A DNA stretch of 64,000 nucleotides from Gammaproteobacteria bacterium. GTDB taxonomy: Bacteria; Pseudomonadota; Gammaproteobacteria; CAKMZV01. Under the pieces are notes generated by a model. It did no database searches and was not told where the DNA came from. It saw only the letters and a program-made list of their open reading frames with translations. The DNA lies in contig OZ255827.1 of assembly GCA_965277625.1 (NCBI GenBank), positions 1,935,123-1,999,122 on the forward strand, written 5' to 3'. Positions 40,072 to 50,504 of this stretch are shown piece by piece; positions within the stretch are counted from its first letter, which is position 1, and each line of letters begins with the position of its first letter. The position numbers were made by a program, and so were the translations under genes.

Positions 40072-41466
40072 TTACAGTTTGGGGTCATGTGCCAATGTGG
40101 CAACGGTCAGATTATGGGGTTTAAAATATTTTTTGGCCACGCGCATCAAATCCGCTTGGCTGACCTTGCTAAGATTGGTCAGATAATTTTCTGAAGTCTC
40201 CCAGCCCAACCCACTTGATTCCAAAAGACCTATTTCATAAGCCTGTGAGAATAAAGAATCTGCTTTGTAAACGTGGTTGGCCACCACTCGAATTTTGACG
40301 CGTTCTAACTCTTCTTTTGTTACCGCCTCGGTTTTCAAAAGCGCCAACTGAGCAAGAAGTGCGCTTTCCAGTTTTTCCAAGGTTTGATTTTGCGCCAATA
40401 TCCCATCAATGACGAACAGTGTGTCATTGCGCGCCAGTAGGTTGTAATAGCTGCCTGAATTGGTCGCTAATTTCTGGGCGCGTATGATGTTCTTGGACAG
40501 CCTTGAACTGTCATCGCCTGACAAGATTTCAGCCAATATATCTAATGCATAAGCATCGGTTTTGTCCTGCCCAATGCTTTTCAAACTGGGGACTTTAAAA
40601 CCCATAATCAGATAATTGACTTGCGCAGTGGTTTTTTCTGTGAGCCTTTTTAGCTTTTTTTGCGGCAAAGATTTCGCAATCTTCGGTCTGGTCTTGTTGT
40701 TTGGTTTTATTGAGCCGAAGTATTTCTTGGCCAAAGCCAGTACACCATTAGGACTGACATCTCCAACCACCACCAAAACCGCATTATTTGGTGCATAATA
40801 TCGATCGTACCAATCTCTTAAGTCTGCAATTTGAGTATTTTCTATGTCAGACATCGAACCAATAATTGGATTTCTATAAGGATTCTGTGGAAATGCTGTT
40901 GTATAAAACTGCTCGTGCAATAGGTTGAGCGGTTTATCGTCAACACGTAAGCGACGCTCTTCGGCAACCACATCGCGTTCTTTCTCTAACGCCGATTGAT
41001 TGAAGATCACATGACGCATGCGGTCTGCTTCTAGCGCCAAACTGGTTTCTAAGTGTTCGCTGCCGACGGATTGATAGTAGGCCGTATAGTCTCTTGAAGT
41101 AAATGCGTTCTGTTGTCCACCTAATTTTGATATGATTTTTGAAAAGCTATCATCTGGATGTTTTTTGGTGCCTTTAAACATCATATGTTCAAGGATGTGA
41201 GACAGACCCGTTGATCCGCTATGTTCATCAACTGAGCCCACTTTGTACCAAATCTGTGACATGATAATGGGCGCGCGTTTGTCAACCTTGACTAAAACCT
41301 TCATGCCGTTATCTAACTGCATTTCAGATACTTTTACTGCAGATACGTTAACTGAAAGACCCAATAATGGCATGGAAATCGCAACCCAGCGCAAAAAGCG
41401 CGGTGTTTTCTGTCCCAAATTAAGCCATAAACTGCTATACTTTGTCATAATTCTGTGTTGCCTCAT
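40072..41466 (-). CDS. M16-family zinc peptidase (pitrilysin/PqqL-like), catalytic subunit
   Basis: 464 aa. 'GLSHILEHMMFKGT' inverted zincin HxxEH motif and a downstream Glu. Confidence 0.8.
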   Translation of the reverse strand: MRQHRIMTKYSSLWLNLGQKTPRFLRWVAISMPLLGLSVNVSAVKVSEMQLDNGMKVLVKVDKRAPIIMSQIWYKVGSVDEHSGSTGLSHILEHMMFKGTKKHPDDSFSKIISKLGGQQNAFTSRDYTAYYQSVGSEHLETSLALEADRMRHVIFNQSALEKERDVVAEERRLRVDDKPLNLLHEQFYTTAFPQNPYRNPIIGSMSDIENTQIADLRDWYDRYYAPNNAVLVVVGDVSPNGVLALAKKYFGSIKPNNKTRPKIAKSLPQKKLKRLTEKTTAQVNYLIMGFKVPSLKSIGQDKTDAYALDILAEILSGDDSSRLSKNIIRAQKLATNSGSYYNLLARNDTLFVIDGILAQNQTLEKLESALLAQLALLKTEAVTKEELERVKIRVVANHVYKADSLFSQAYEIGLLESSGLGWETSENYLTNLSKVSQADLMRVAKKYFKPHNLTVATLAHDPKL

Positions 41467-41593
41467 TTTTGAACCAAATTCTGAATAAATGCACTAAGCT
41501 GTGGCCTGAAACGCAACCTTTACACACAATCCATATTCGCTTATTTTGCCTGCCAAATTTATTGTACAAGCCAACTGTTAATTATAGACTGAT

Positions 41594-42484
41594 TTGACCA
41601 TGTCTGCCCCATTGCTAAAACGATTTAAAAATTCGCTCTTAAAAACACGCGATCGGCTGAATTTACACATCATCAGCCAACATACCGCCATCGATCAAGC
41701 CACTTTGGAGGCGCTTGAGTATCAGTTATTGAGCGCAGATGTTGGATTGGAGACTGTTGATTACCTACTTGAAAGACTCAAAAAAAATAACAATCAAACC
41801 CCCAAAGATGCCATCCGATCAGCTTTATTAAATCTTTTTGACCTCCCACATAAGGACGAAGCTAATCTTGATATCCCGCAGACCATTCTCATGCTGGGGG
41901 TTAATGGGGCAGGCAAAACAACCACCATTGGCAAGCTCGCTTACCTGTTTAATCAAGCACAAAAGAAAACTTTGATCGCCAGTGGGGATACTTTTAGAGC
42001 GGCAGCGCATGAGCAGCTACAAGTTTGGGGGACACGCACGAACGCAGACGTGTTTATTGATAAAAACACGACTGACCCAGCCGCAGTCGCTTACACCGCC
42101 CTTCAAATGGCCCGCGCCCGCGCCTATGACTATTTGTTGGTTGATACTGCAGGTCGTCAATTCAACCACGATAATCTCATGCAAGAGCTGGCAAAAATCT
42201 ATAGAAGCTTAAACAAGCAAGGCGAGCAATGGCCACAACACATTTGGCTGGTCATCGATGCAGGCAGTGGTCAAAATGGTTTAAAACAAGCCCAAGGATT
42301 TGCATCAATCATGCCCATCAATGGCTTAATCATTACAAAATTAGAAGGCACAGCCAAAGGTGGCGCCCTATTGAGCATCGCGCATCAAATGAAAATACCC
42401 ATTCGTTATGTTGGCTTAGGCGAACAACCGCAAGACCTCAACGAGTTTGATGCTGAAGCATTTATTGATTCACTGCTGATCTAA
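41594..42484 (+). CDS. ftsY: Signal recognition particle receptor FtsY (short form, NG domain)
   Basis: 296 aa. 'LMLGVNGAGKTTTIGKLA' P-loop, 'DTAGR', 'ITKLEGTAKGG'. Confidence 0.9.
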   Translation: MTMSAPLLKRFKNSLLKTRDRLNLHIISQHTAIDQATLEALEYQLLSADVGLETVDYLLERLKKNNNQTPKDAIRSALLNLFDLPHKDEANLDIPQTILMLGVNGAGKTTTIGKLAYLFNQAQKKTLIASGDTFRAAAHEQLQVWGTRTNADVFIDKNTTDPAAVAYTALQMARARAYDYLLVDTAGRQFNHDNLMQELAKIYRSLNKQGEQWPQHIWLVIDAGSGQNGLKQAQGFASIMPINGLIITKLEGTAKGGALLSIAHQMKIPIRYVGLGEQPQDLNEFDAEAFIDSLLI

Positions 42485-42533
42485 ACCAATCATTGCTCAA
42501 TGTCCACTTTAACAACACACACTAATCAAGATC

Positions 42534-43241
42534 ATGTCTGAAGCCATAGCAGAAACCGATGCGCTCATCACTTTTAAAAATGTGAGTAAGCGGTACCCTG
42601 CGTACCCCGATCCCCATCAAGCGCTTAAACAGATCAATCTTTCTATCCCTATGGGCAGCGTCACTTTTTTAACGGGTCATTCTGGCGCTGGCAAAAGTAC
42701 TTTTTTCCGACTGCTGTCCTTGCTTGAGAAGCCCACTGAAGGCGAAATATTTATAGGCAATACGAGTATTACTCGATTGGCTCTGCGTTATCTGCCCTCG
42801 TACCGTCAACAAATTGGGGTGGTCTTTCAGGATCCAATGCTCCTCAACGATCGCAATGTGGCCAATAATATTGCTTTGGGCCTCCAGCTCACCACTTCAA
42901 ATAAACAAAACATCATTTCACGAACTGAGAGCGCTTTATCCTTGGTAAAAATGTCTGAATACGCCCACTATAAGCCCATGTCTCTGTCCACCGGACAAAG
43001 GCAAAGAATTGGTCTGGCAAGAGCCATCGCACATTCACCTGAAATCATTTTAGCAGACGAACCCACGGGCAATTTAGACCCTGAGTTGTCAAACGAAATC
43101 ATCGAACTGCTGATGGGCATCAACACCCATCGCGGCACAACCATTCTGATTGCCACGCATGAAACCCAATTGGTCAATAAATTTAGTCAATCTAAAAACA
43201 TCCGTGAAATTAAATTGCAACAAGGGCGATTGATCTCATGA
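42534..43241 (+). CDS. ftsE: Cell division ATP-binding protein FtsE
   Basis: 235 aa. 'GHSGAGKST' Walker A, 'LSTGQRQRIGLARA' ABC signature, 'ILADEPTGNLD' Walker B. Confidence 0.92.
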   Translation: MSEAIAETDALITFKNVSKRYPAYPDPHQALKQINLSIPMGSVTFLTGHSGAGKSTFFRLLSLLEKPTEGEIFIGNTSITRLALRYLPSYRQQIGVVFQDPMLLNDRNVANNIALGLQLTTSNKQNIISRTESALSLVKMSEYAHYKPMSLSTGQRQRIGLARAIAHSPEIILADEPTGNLDPELSNEIIELLMGINTHRGTTILIATHETQLVNKFSQSKNIREIKLQQGRLIS

Positions 43242-44176
43242 ATCAGTTCAAGAAACCCTTTGAAATACGGTCAACGTCTCTGTTATCCGATTTGTTCTGG
43301 ACCATCAGAGACCATGTTTGGACGACCCTTGCCGTATTGTTGGTTATTACTGCCACCTTCACTGTGCCCGCGCTGTCCATAACCACATTGATCAATGCGC
43401 ACGATTGGTTAGGTGTTCAATCAGCACACAAGCAAATGACGATTTTTTTAAATACCGATAATAAAGAGGAAATAAGCCAAGTACAGCGTCGTATCGAAAA
43501 AATGTTAACCCACTACAAGAGCATCATTGATCAACCCATTCAAGTGGTCAATCGTGACCAAGCGGTTGAGGAGTTAAAAAATCATTATGGCGATAAAAAC
43601 ATTCAAGATACGCTTGACCTTATTGCACACAATCCCTTACATGATATGATCGTTTTAACCCCAAAAATCGATGCGCAATTGCCCCAATTACTCAGTTTTA
43701 AGGAACTATTGCTTGAAGACACCATGGTTTATGAAGTCGATGTTAATAAAGCGTGGATCTCTCACGTCAATCAGCTCATCAACATAGGCAACACCATTGT
43801 CTGGTCGGTCAGTATTTTATTTTTAATCACGATCTGGATATCACTCAATTATGCCATCACACAACAGCTACACCATAGAAAACAAGAGCTTGAATTAAAA
43901 AAAATGCTCGGTGCAACCTTGACCCAACGTTACCAGCCCTTGGTTATTTGGTGTGTGTTTTTAGGATTAACTGGATCACTCATGGCTGTGGGCGTCAGCT
44001 ATGGCCTCGTTCATGCCATCAATGCGATTTTGGTCGAAAACCAACTCAGTGTCCAATTTAAGCAACTTTTAAATGTTTACATGATGTGTATTTCATGCGG
44101 GTTTGGTATGAGTTTGGTGAGCAGCCTATCTTCTCTTTGGCTCTTTCATCGATCGAACGGTCATTTAACTGGATAG
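43238..44176 (+). CDS. ftsX: Cell division protein FtsX
   Basis: 312 aa. Start overlaps the ftsE stop. One N-terminal TM, a periplasmic domain, and three C-terminal TMs. Confidence 0.85.
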   Translation: MNQFKKPFEIRSTSLLSDLFWTIRDHVWTTLAVLLVITATFTVPALSITTLINAHDWLGVQSAHKQMTIFLNTDNKEEISQVQRRIEKMLTHYKSIIDQPIQVVNRDQAVEELKNHYGDKNIQDTLDLIAHNPLHDMIVLTPKIDAQLPQLLSFKELLLEDTMVYEVDVNKAWISHVNQLINIGNTIVWSVSILFLITIWISLNYAITQQLHHRKQELELKKMLGATLTQRYQPLVIWCVFLGLTGSLMAVGVSYGLVHAINAILVENQLSVQFKQLLNVYMMCISCGFGMSLVSSLSSLWLFHRSNGHLTG

Positions 44177-44315
44177 TTTTAGACGCAATCCTTACCAATA
44201 AACCTATGAAATTGCTATATAATCAAACCACCTTTCGTTGTATTTACTTAAATTATGACCCTAAGCCTTAAAATAATTCAACCATGGCTTATGCCTTTAA
44301 CGCCCCTTTGAATTC

Positions 44316-45317
44316 ATGAATCAATGGTCTGACGCCACTCAAGCAGAACTTCTTGACCCAACCGAGAAAGAGTTGGACGTTGCTTTTCAGGACGGTTTCC
44401 AGAAAGGCAGTGCTGGCATGAATTTATCCTACTGCCCCCAGGCTTTTTATCTACAACCTTTATTGAAAAAACGTTGGACAGAAGGTTGGAAAACTGGGCA
44501 ACAGGCAGCGGGTATTGAGAAGAAGAAACCCTTTGTACCCTTATTGGGTGCTGTCATCCTAATTGCCATTGTGGTACTGAGTTTTTATTTTTATCCCACA
44601 ATGGAAACTCATCCCATTTTTAACAGCTGGAATCAACAAGCCTCAACTGATACTGAAACAGCCACCGAAGCACCCTCAAACTATACTGAATCAGACTCCA
44701 ACGAAACACCAATGATCGCTGGGGATAGCATAAACGACATTGACAAGGTTGATGCGACAGATTCGCTTGAAGCATCGATTGAACCAACGAGCACAGAGCC
44801 GGAAGTGGCGGATTCTGGCAATGAAGCCACACAAGTTGCCCAGACACCTGAAAAATCAAATGATCCGACTTCGCTGATAGAACCCATACCTAATAATGAC
44901 ACAAAACGGGCGAATGAAGTCAGTCATGCCAATAACCAGACTGATGACACAGTCCGCCCGCAAACGAATAAACCTCGTTTGACACAAGTCAGATTTACCC
45001 GTTCGGTCATAGACCGAGTCCCTGATGAACCCTTAAGTCGCGTAGATGCACCAGGCCCTATCTATTACTTCACAAACGTACGCTTTTACAAAGACCACAC
45101 CATCACCCATTTCTGGTATTTAAATAACCAACTGCTTACAAAAAAATCTTTTGATATTAAGGGGAATCGCTGGCGGGTTTTTTCCTTGCACACCATACCA
45201 AAAAATATCACAGGAACCATAAGAGTTGTGGTCTATGCCTCGAATTCGAAACAATTCATTTCAGAACAATTCATTGAAGTTGACACAACTCAGTCGCAGG
45301 ACACCGCTCTTAATTGA
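44316..45317 (+). CDS. Membrane protein with N-terminal Rmf/CrpP-like domain, acidic linker and C-terminal DUF2914-like domain
   Basis: 333 aa. The N-terminal 'FQDGFQKGSAGMNLSYCPQ...RWTEGWKTG' resembles ribosome modulation factor ('RGYQAGIAGRSKEMCPYQ...WLGGWREA'). A single TM follows ('LLGAVILIAIVVLSFYFY'), then a Thr/Glu/Asp/Ser-rich low-complexity region, then a conserved ~100-aa C-terminal domain. Confidence 0.5.
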   Translation: MNQWSDATQAELLDPTEKELDVAFQDGFQKGSAGMNLSYCPQAFYLQPLLKKRWTEGWKTGQQAAGIEKKKPFVPLLGAVILIAIVVLSFYFYPTMETHPIFNSWNQQASTDTETATEAPSNYTESDSNETPMIAGDSINDIDKVDATDSLEASIEPTSTEPEVADSGNEATQVAQTPEKSNDPTSLIEPIPNNDTKRANEVSHANNQTDDTVRPQTNKPRLTQVRFTRSVIDRVPDEPLSRVDAPGPIYYFTNVRFYKDHTITHFWYLNNQLLTKKSFDIKGNRWRVFSLHTIPKNITGTIRVVVYASNSKQFISEQFIEVDTTQSQDTALN

Positions 45318-45404
45318 GACAAAGGTTTCATCGTTTTCGATGAACATCATCGCCATTACAATCTAAATATTTTGCCCTCTTGAACGAGTAAGATTAGGGG
45401 CATC

Positions 45405-46658
45405 TCATTCTTCATTGCCAGTCCTTGGCATTCTGAGTGGGTAGGCGCAATGAAATTTAATCTGTTGCGCCTCTTTTGCTACGCAATAATCTCCGATCAT
45501 AATCAACTGATCTGCTTTATAAAGCATGGGGATGTCCTTGCGCCACCATGGCAGCACATCCAAAGATTGCAATACGCGCTTTAATTTTTGGTTGCGCCCG
45601 CGAAAAACAACCCGCTGGCCTTTTATTCGGTAACGGACAGTGCAATCCTTTGTTTGCTCATAGGTGATTGGCGGTTGATTCAAAGCTTGTTGTGGATAAA
45701 AATAAGCATAATTTCGCCAAATCAAACACACAACCTTCTCATCATTTGACCACCAAACAAACTGCCCTTTGGGGTGTTCTCTTTCAAATTGTTCTTTTAG
45801 CGCTTCTAATTGGTGATGCGGGGGGAGTTGCCAAGGCTTTAAGCTCAAGCGCAATACAGGAATCTTCAAACTGTTGGGCAAATGGCGCCAAGCATTGAGG
45901 TCTAAAATATGCGCTTGACCGTGAGTGACAAACCAATCATTGGCCATTGTCATGACAAAGGCTTCTTTTTCAGCGCAATACTGCGCACTGCGATTAAGCA
46001 TTTTCACCGCATTGGCATTCACATTTAACAGTGCAGGCATCACATTATGGCGCACATTATTTCTACTGAGCGCGGTATCTTGATTGCTGACATCCTCAAT
46101 CCATTCAAGTTGGTTTTCATCTGCATATTGCGCAATTTCAATTGGTGAGATTGGCAACATTGGTCGCCCAATCCAGCAATGTTGGTGGGCGCGCAACAAC
46201 TTCATTCCACTCAAGCCATTGAGGTCTAAGCCGCGTAAAGCATTGAGCAAAAACGTTTCGGCTTGATCATCAGCATGGTGGGCCATCAATAACACATGTG
46301 GGTCATGGCAAGTATTCAGTATGGCCTCATAGCGTGCTTTACGCGCCAGATCTTCCAAACTTTGCCTTGGTTTACGATTGATTGTTGGTGTCCTTACTTC
46401 AAATGCAATGTCTAAGTCACGACACAATTTTTGTGATATTTGGACAAATTCGTCTGAATTTTTTTGGAGTTGGTGATTGATGTGGATGACCGAATAATGC
46501 ACCCGCAATTTTTTGAGTGTGATCCAATGATGCAAGGCATGCGTCAAGACCATAGAGTCTATGCCGCCACTCAAGCAAACTTTAATGGGTAATTGATCTA
46601 ATTGTTGGTGTTGAAGTGTCTCAAAAAAATGCTCAAATGCCGGCGCAATCTTAAGCAT
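45405..46658 (-). CDS. tilS: tRNA(Ile)-lysidine synthetase
   Basis: 417 aa. 'VCLSGGIDSMVL' PP-loop (SGGxDS). It lies downstream of accA, as in many proteobacteria. Confidence 0.85.
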   Translation of the reverse strand: MLKIAPAFEHFFETLQHQQLDQLPIKVCLSGGIDSMVLTHALHHWITLKKLRVHYSVIHINHQLQKNSDEFVQISQKLCRDLDIAFEVRTPTINRKPRQSLEDLARKARYEAILNTCHDPHVLLMAHHADDQAETFLLNALRGLDLNGLSGMKLLRAHQHCWIGRPMLPISPIEIAQYADENQLEWIEDVSNQDTALSRNNVRHNVMPALLNVNANAVKMLNRSAQYCAEKEAFVMTMANDWFVTHGQAHILDLNAWRHLPNSLKIPVLRLSLKPWQLPPHHQLEALKEQFEREHPKGQFVWWSNDEKVVCLIWRNYAYFYPQQALNQPPITYEQTKDCTVRYRIKGQRVVFRGRNQKLKRVLQSLDVLPWWRKDIPMLYKADQLIMIGDYCVAKEAQQIKFHCAYPLRMPRTGNEE

Positions 46659-46675
46659 TGCAACAAATGACTGAT

Positions 46676-47641
46676 TTATTCGGAGAATCGACCATACGCC
46701 ATCAATTTTTGATAACGTTTTTCTAACATTGTGTCAGTACTCAATGCACTGATTTCATCTAAGGAACGAATCAAAGACGATTGTAAATTCAACACTGTGG
46801 TTTCCAATGAGCGATGTGCCCCACCCAAAGGTTCAGGGACGATTTCATCTATGATGCCTTGATCTAACAGTTTTTTGGCGGTCAGAGCCAGTGCTTCTGC
46901 AGCCAATGAGGCTTTGGCTGCATCTTTCCACAATATAGAAGCGCAGCCTTCAGGAGAAATCACAGAATAAATCGAGTATTCCAACATCATAATATGATCG
47001 CCAACCCCAATCCCTAAAGCCCCCCCAGAGCCACCTTCGCCAATAACAACGCAAACGATGGGCACTCGTATCTCTGACATTTCACGCAAATTAACCGCAA
47101 TGGCTTCACTCTGCCCTCTTTCTTCTGCACCAACGCCAGGATAGGCCCCTGGCGTGTCGATCAAAGAAATGATCGGAATGCCAAATTGTTCTGATAATTT
47201 CATCAATCGAAGTGCCTTGCGATAACCTTCGGGTTTTGGCATGCCAAAATTATGATGAATTTTTTCAAAAGTTTTTCGACCTTTTTCATGACCAATAATC
47301 ATAACGGTTCGCCCTTGGATTTTGGCAAGACCGCCAATGATGGCCCGATCGTCATGGTAGTGACGGTCGCCATGTAATTCGATGAAATCGGTGAACATGC
47401 TTTCGAGATAATCAACCGTGTGTGGGCGGAGTGGATGACGGGCCAACATGGCAACCTGCCAATCACTCAAGCCTTTGAAAATCGATTGAGTCTGACGTTT
47501 ATTTTGTGCTTGCAGTTTCTGAATTTGTTCGCTAACTTCTATACCAGATTCATCCCCTAATCGGTTCAACTCTCTGATTTTGTCGTCTAATTCAGCAATG
47601 GATTGCTCAAAGTCTAAATATTCTAAATTATTGTCGTTCAC
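46676..47641 (-). CDS. accA: Acetyl-CoA carboxylase carboxyltransferase subunit alpha
   Basis: 321 aa. 'LARHPLRP...DDRAIIGG', '[22 protein letters not shown]'. Confidence 0.95.
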   Translation of the reverse strand: MNDNNLEYLDFEQSIAELDDKIRELNRLGDESGIEVSEQIQKLQAQNKRQTQSIFKGLSDWQVAMLARHPLRPHTVDYLESMFTDFIELHGDRHYHDDRAIIGGLAKIQGRTVMIIGHEKGRKTFEKIHHNFGMPKPEGYRKALRLMKLSEQFGIPIISLIDTPGAYPGVGAEERGQSEAIAVNLREMSEIRVPIVCVVIGEGGSGGALGIGVGDHIMMLEYSIYSVISPEGCASILWKDAAKASLAAEALALTAKKLLDQGIIDEIVPEPLGGAHRSLETTVLNLQSSLIRSLDEISALSTDTMLEKRYQKLMAYGRFSE

Positions 47642-47828
47642 TGCTTATTTTTATTCCGTTCAATTGGGTTTGTGTTGGTGATATTTTAATCCATTCTGAA
47701 GTTTTTTTTTAACCTTAGTCAGAAAATGATGTTCAGTCTCAACCATATATCAACTAAAACTATTACAATGGGTCTTATACACTCTGCATTCTGATGCAAT
47801 AACGATTAACCCTATAACAATCCATTTT

Positions 47829-49364
47829 ATGACAAACCTGATTGACCATCAAATACAACCAAAAATCATCAACGCACAAGCGATCAACCAAGACCCTGCG
47901 ACCATTGAAGCCAGCTGTATCACCATCGGTGTTCACAGCAACCATCAATTATGCACGGGTCATCAATCCTTTGAACAACAGCACGGTGATGCACTGATTG
48001 AATTTATCAAATCCAAGCCCGAATTTGATGCAACCATTGGCACCACTTTGCTTTGGCACAATGATGCTTTGCTGTCAGCCAAACGTATTCTTTTCGTTGG
48101 ATTGGGTCAACCAACTGAGTTGTCGGTTGCAAGTTTTTATAAAATTCAAAATGCCGTTGCTAAGCAGGCGGTCGATCAAAAATGGCAATCTGTGGTCTTT
48201 ACCCACGTTCACGCCTGTGTTGCGGACAACAATAAGGCTAAAGATTTAAATTGGAGGGTACGCCAAAGTCTCAAGGTTCAAACCAGCCACTTGTACCAAT
48301 TTGCCCTGCCACACAAAGCCATTCAAAATCCACCTGCCATGTCCGTTATTTACCCAGTCAGCGAATCAGATTTAGGCGGCGTGGAACAAGCAACAACCGT
48401 TGGTAAATCTATAGGCATGGGCATTAACATTGCCAAACAGTTGGGTAACCTTCCAGCCAATTTGTGTACCCCAAAAGATTTGACCGAAGTTGCCCAATTG
48501 CTTGCACAACAATTTGAACAATTATCGACCCACATATTAGACGAAAAAGCCCTACAAAAATTAGGAATGAACGCGCACCTTAGTGTGTCACGAGGCAGTA
48601 TTGAGCCTGCTTTTTTGATTGAACTGCATTATCAACCTCGTGCAAAGTCTCAACAAGAGCCAACCGTTCTCATCGGCAAAGGCGTCACTTTTGATACAGG
48701 CGGCATATCGCTGAAGCCCTCTGCAAGTATGGATGAAATGAAGTTTGATATGTCTGGGGCGGCCAGTGTCATTGGCACCATGGCGGCGCTCGCCATGATG
48801 GACCATCAACACCCCGTCATTGCCCTCATACCCGCCACTGAAAATATGCCCGCCCACCACGCGACCAAACCTGGAGACGTCGTCCAAAGTGCTTCTGGGC
48901 AAACCATTGAAATTTTAAATACCGATGCCGAAGGTCGATTGATTCTTTGTGATGCCTTAAATTATGCGCAAAAGTTCAATCCCGCTTGCATCATCGATGT
49001 GGCAACTTTAACGGGCGCTTGCGTTGTGGCACTGGGTGCTCACTTTAGTGGCTTGATGAGTAACAATGAATCATTGGCTCAGGATTTGGCGACGGCAGGC
49101 TATGGCAGCCACGACCGTTGCTGGCAGTTGCCTTTAGATGAAGATTATAATGAGCAACTGCACAGCAATTTTGCTGACATGGCCAACATCAGTGATGGGC
49201 GAGGTGCTGGTACCATAACAGCCGCTTGCTTTTTGCAGCGTTTTGTCTCAAAACAAACGCCGTGGGCGCATCTAGACATTGCTGGTACGGCTTGGAAAAC
49301 GGGACGCGAAAAAGGTTCAACGGGCCGCCCCGTCGGGCTATTATGTGAATATTTAATCCGATGA
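47829..49364 (+). CDS. pepA: Leucyl (cytosol) aminopeptidase, M17
   Basis: 511 aa. 'LIGKGVTFDTGGISLKP' and 'NTDAEGRLILCDAL' are M17 signatures. Confidence 0.9.
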   Translation: MTNLIDHQIQPKIINAQAINQDPATIEASCITIGVHSNHQLCTGHQSFEQQHGDALIEFIKSKPEFDATIGTTLLWHNDALLSAKRILFVGLGQPTELSVASFYKIQNAVAKQAVDQKWQSVVFTHVHACVADNNKAKDLNWRVRQSLKVQTSHLYQFALPHKAIQNPPAMSVIYPVSESDLGGVEQATTVGKSIGMGINIAKQLGNLPANLCTPKDLTEVAQLLAQQFEQLSTHILDEKALQKLGMNAHLSVSRGSIEPAFLIELHYQPRAKSQQEPTVLIGKGVTFDTGGISLKPSASMDEMKFDMSGAASVIGTMAALAMMDHQHPVIALIPATENMPAHHATKPGDVVQSASGQTIEILNTDAEGRLILCDALNYAQKFNPACIIDVATLTGACVVALGAHFSGLMSNNESLAQDLATAGYGSHDRCWQLPLDEDYNEQLHSNFADMANISDGRGAGTITAACFLQRFVSKQTPWAHLDIAGTAWKTGREKGSTGRPVGLLCEYLIR

Positions 49365-50398
49365 GTTTTCTGTCTATGCAAAAGTCTTTGCTACTGCCAT
49401 TCAATCGAGGTCATATCCGCATTCGGTCACGCGTATTATTTTGGATGATGTTGGGACTCACCGCCACATCAGCCTTGGCAGAGGATGTAAGTACCATTGC
49501 CTTAAAAGACATACAATCTTTCCCGAACCATGCCATCATTGCCAAAGTCATTCCCCTTAATGATGTGACGATTCGCTCTGAAATCAGTGCCAAAATCCTT
49601 GACATCAATACTGAAGTTGGCGATGAAGCGCGCAAAGGACAAACATTGATTCAACTTGACTGCCAAGCATTTAAGCTCGCAGCTCAATTGCAAAATGAAC
49701 AGTATGCACGCTTGAACAATGAACTGAAATGGACGACCATCGAGTTTAATCGATCAAATGCTTTGTATCAGCAAAATAATTTCCCCAAAGCCAATTTAGA
49801 TAGAATCCAGCAGGGTATTGAACAACTGAACATTCAGCTAAAGATTCAACGCATCAGCATCCAATCGGCCAAGCTGAATGTTGACAAATGCACCATAACT
49901 TCACCATTTACTGGCGTCATCACCCAAAGGCTGGTCGATGAAGAAGAGTTCGTTAATCCTGGTAGCCCAGTTCTTCAATTATTAGAAGCCAGCAACAGCG
50001 TGATTGAAGCGAACATCCCCGTTGATTCTGTGGCTGATTTTGTCAGCGCCAGTGCTTTCTGGACGAGGGATCTTGATAACAACAAAGTTGAGCTCAACCT
50101 CATTAAAATCATTCCTCAAGTAAACGCCAGTAATCGAACCCAAACAATGCGCTTAACCAGTAACAAACCATTGCTGATTGGAGACGCGCCACATTTGCAA
50201 TGGCGTTCAACCACAGCAAGATTGCCCGCTAAGTATTTGCAAAGAAGGGGTGACAAACTTGGGATATGGATCGTAAAAGACAAGGGTTACAAGTTCATCA
50301 CATTGCCCAATGCCCAAGAAGGCCGACCATTTGATATTCCAGCATTGGCAGGTGAAACGCAAATCGTTGCCGAAAATGCGCACTTGATAGAGCAATAG
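49361..50398 (+). CDS. Periplasmic adaptor (membrane-fusion protein, HlyD/RND-adaptor family), orphan
   Basis: 345 aa. A signal/anchor segment ('VLFWMMLGLTATSALA'), biotinyl-lipoyl-like hairpin segments, and a coiled-coil ('QLQNEQYARLNNELKW...'). No adjacent pump or OMF gene. Confidence 0.55.
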   Translation: MSFLSMQKSLLLPFNRGHIRIRSRVLFWMMLGLTATSALAEDVSTIALKDIQSFPNHAIIAKVIPLNDVTIRSEISAKILDINTEVGDEARKGQTLIQLDCQAFKLAAQLQNEQYARLNNELKWTTIEFNRSNALYQQNNFPKANLDRIQQGIEQLNIQLKIQRISIQSAKLNVDKCTITSPFTGVITQRLVDEEEFVNPGSPVLQLLEASNSVIEANIPVDSVADFVSASAFWTRDLDNNKVELNLIKIIPQVNASNRTQTMRLTSNKPLLIGDAPHLQWRSTTARLPAKYLQRRGDKLGIWIVKDKGYKFITLPNAQEGRPFDIPALAGETQIVAENAHLIEQ

Positions 50399-50504
50399 AC
50401 GCTCCATCTGATCATTTAGTAAATTGAATTGGCTGTCGCCGTGTACTTCCCCCCTTTTAATCGGGGAGAAGCATTTAAGAATATATCAACAAAAGACTTT
50501 GAAC

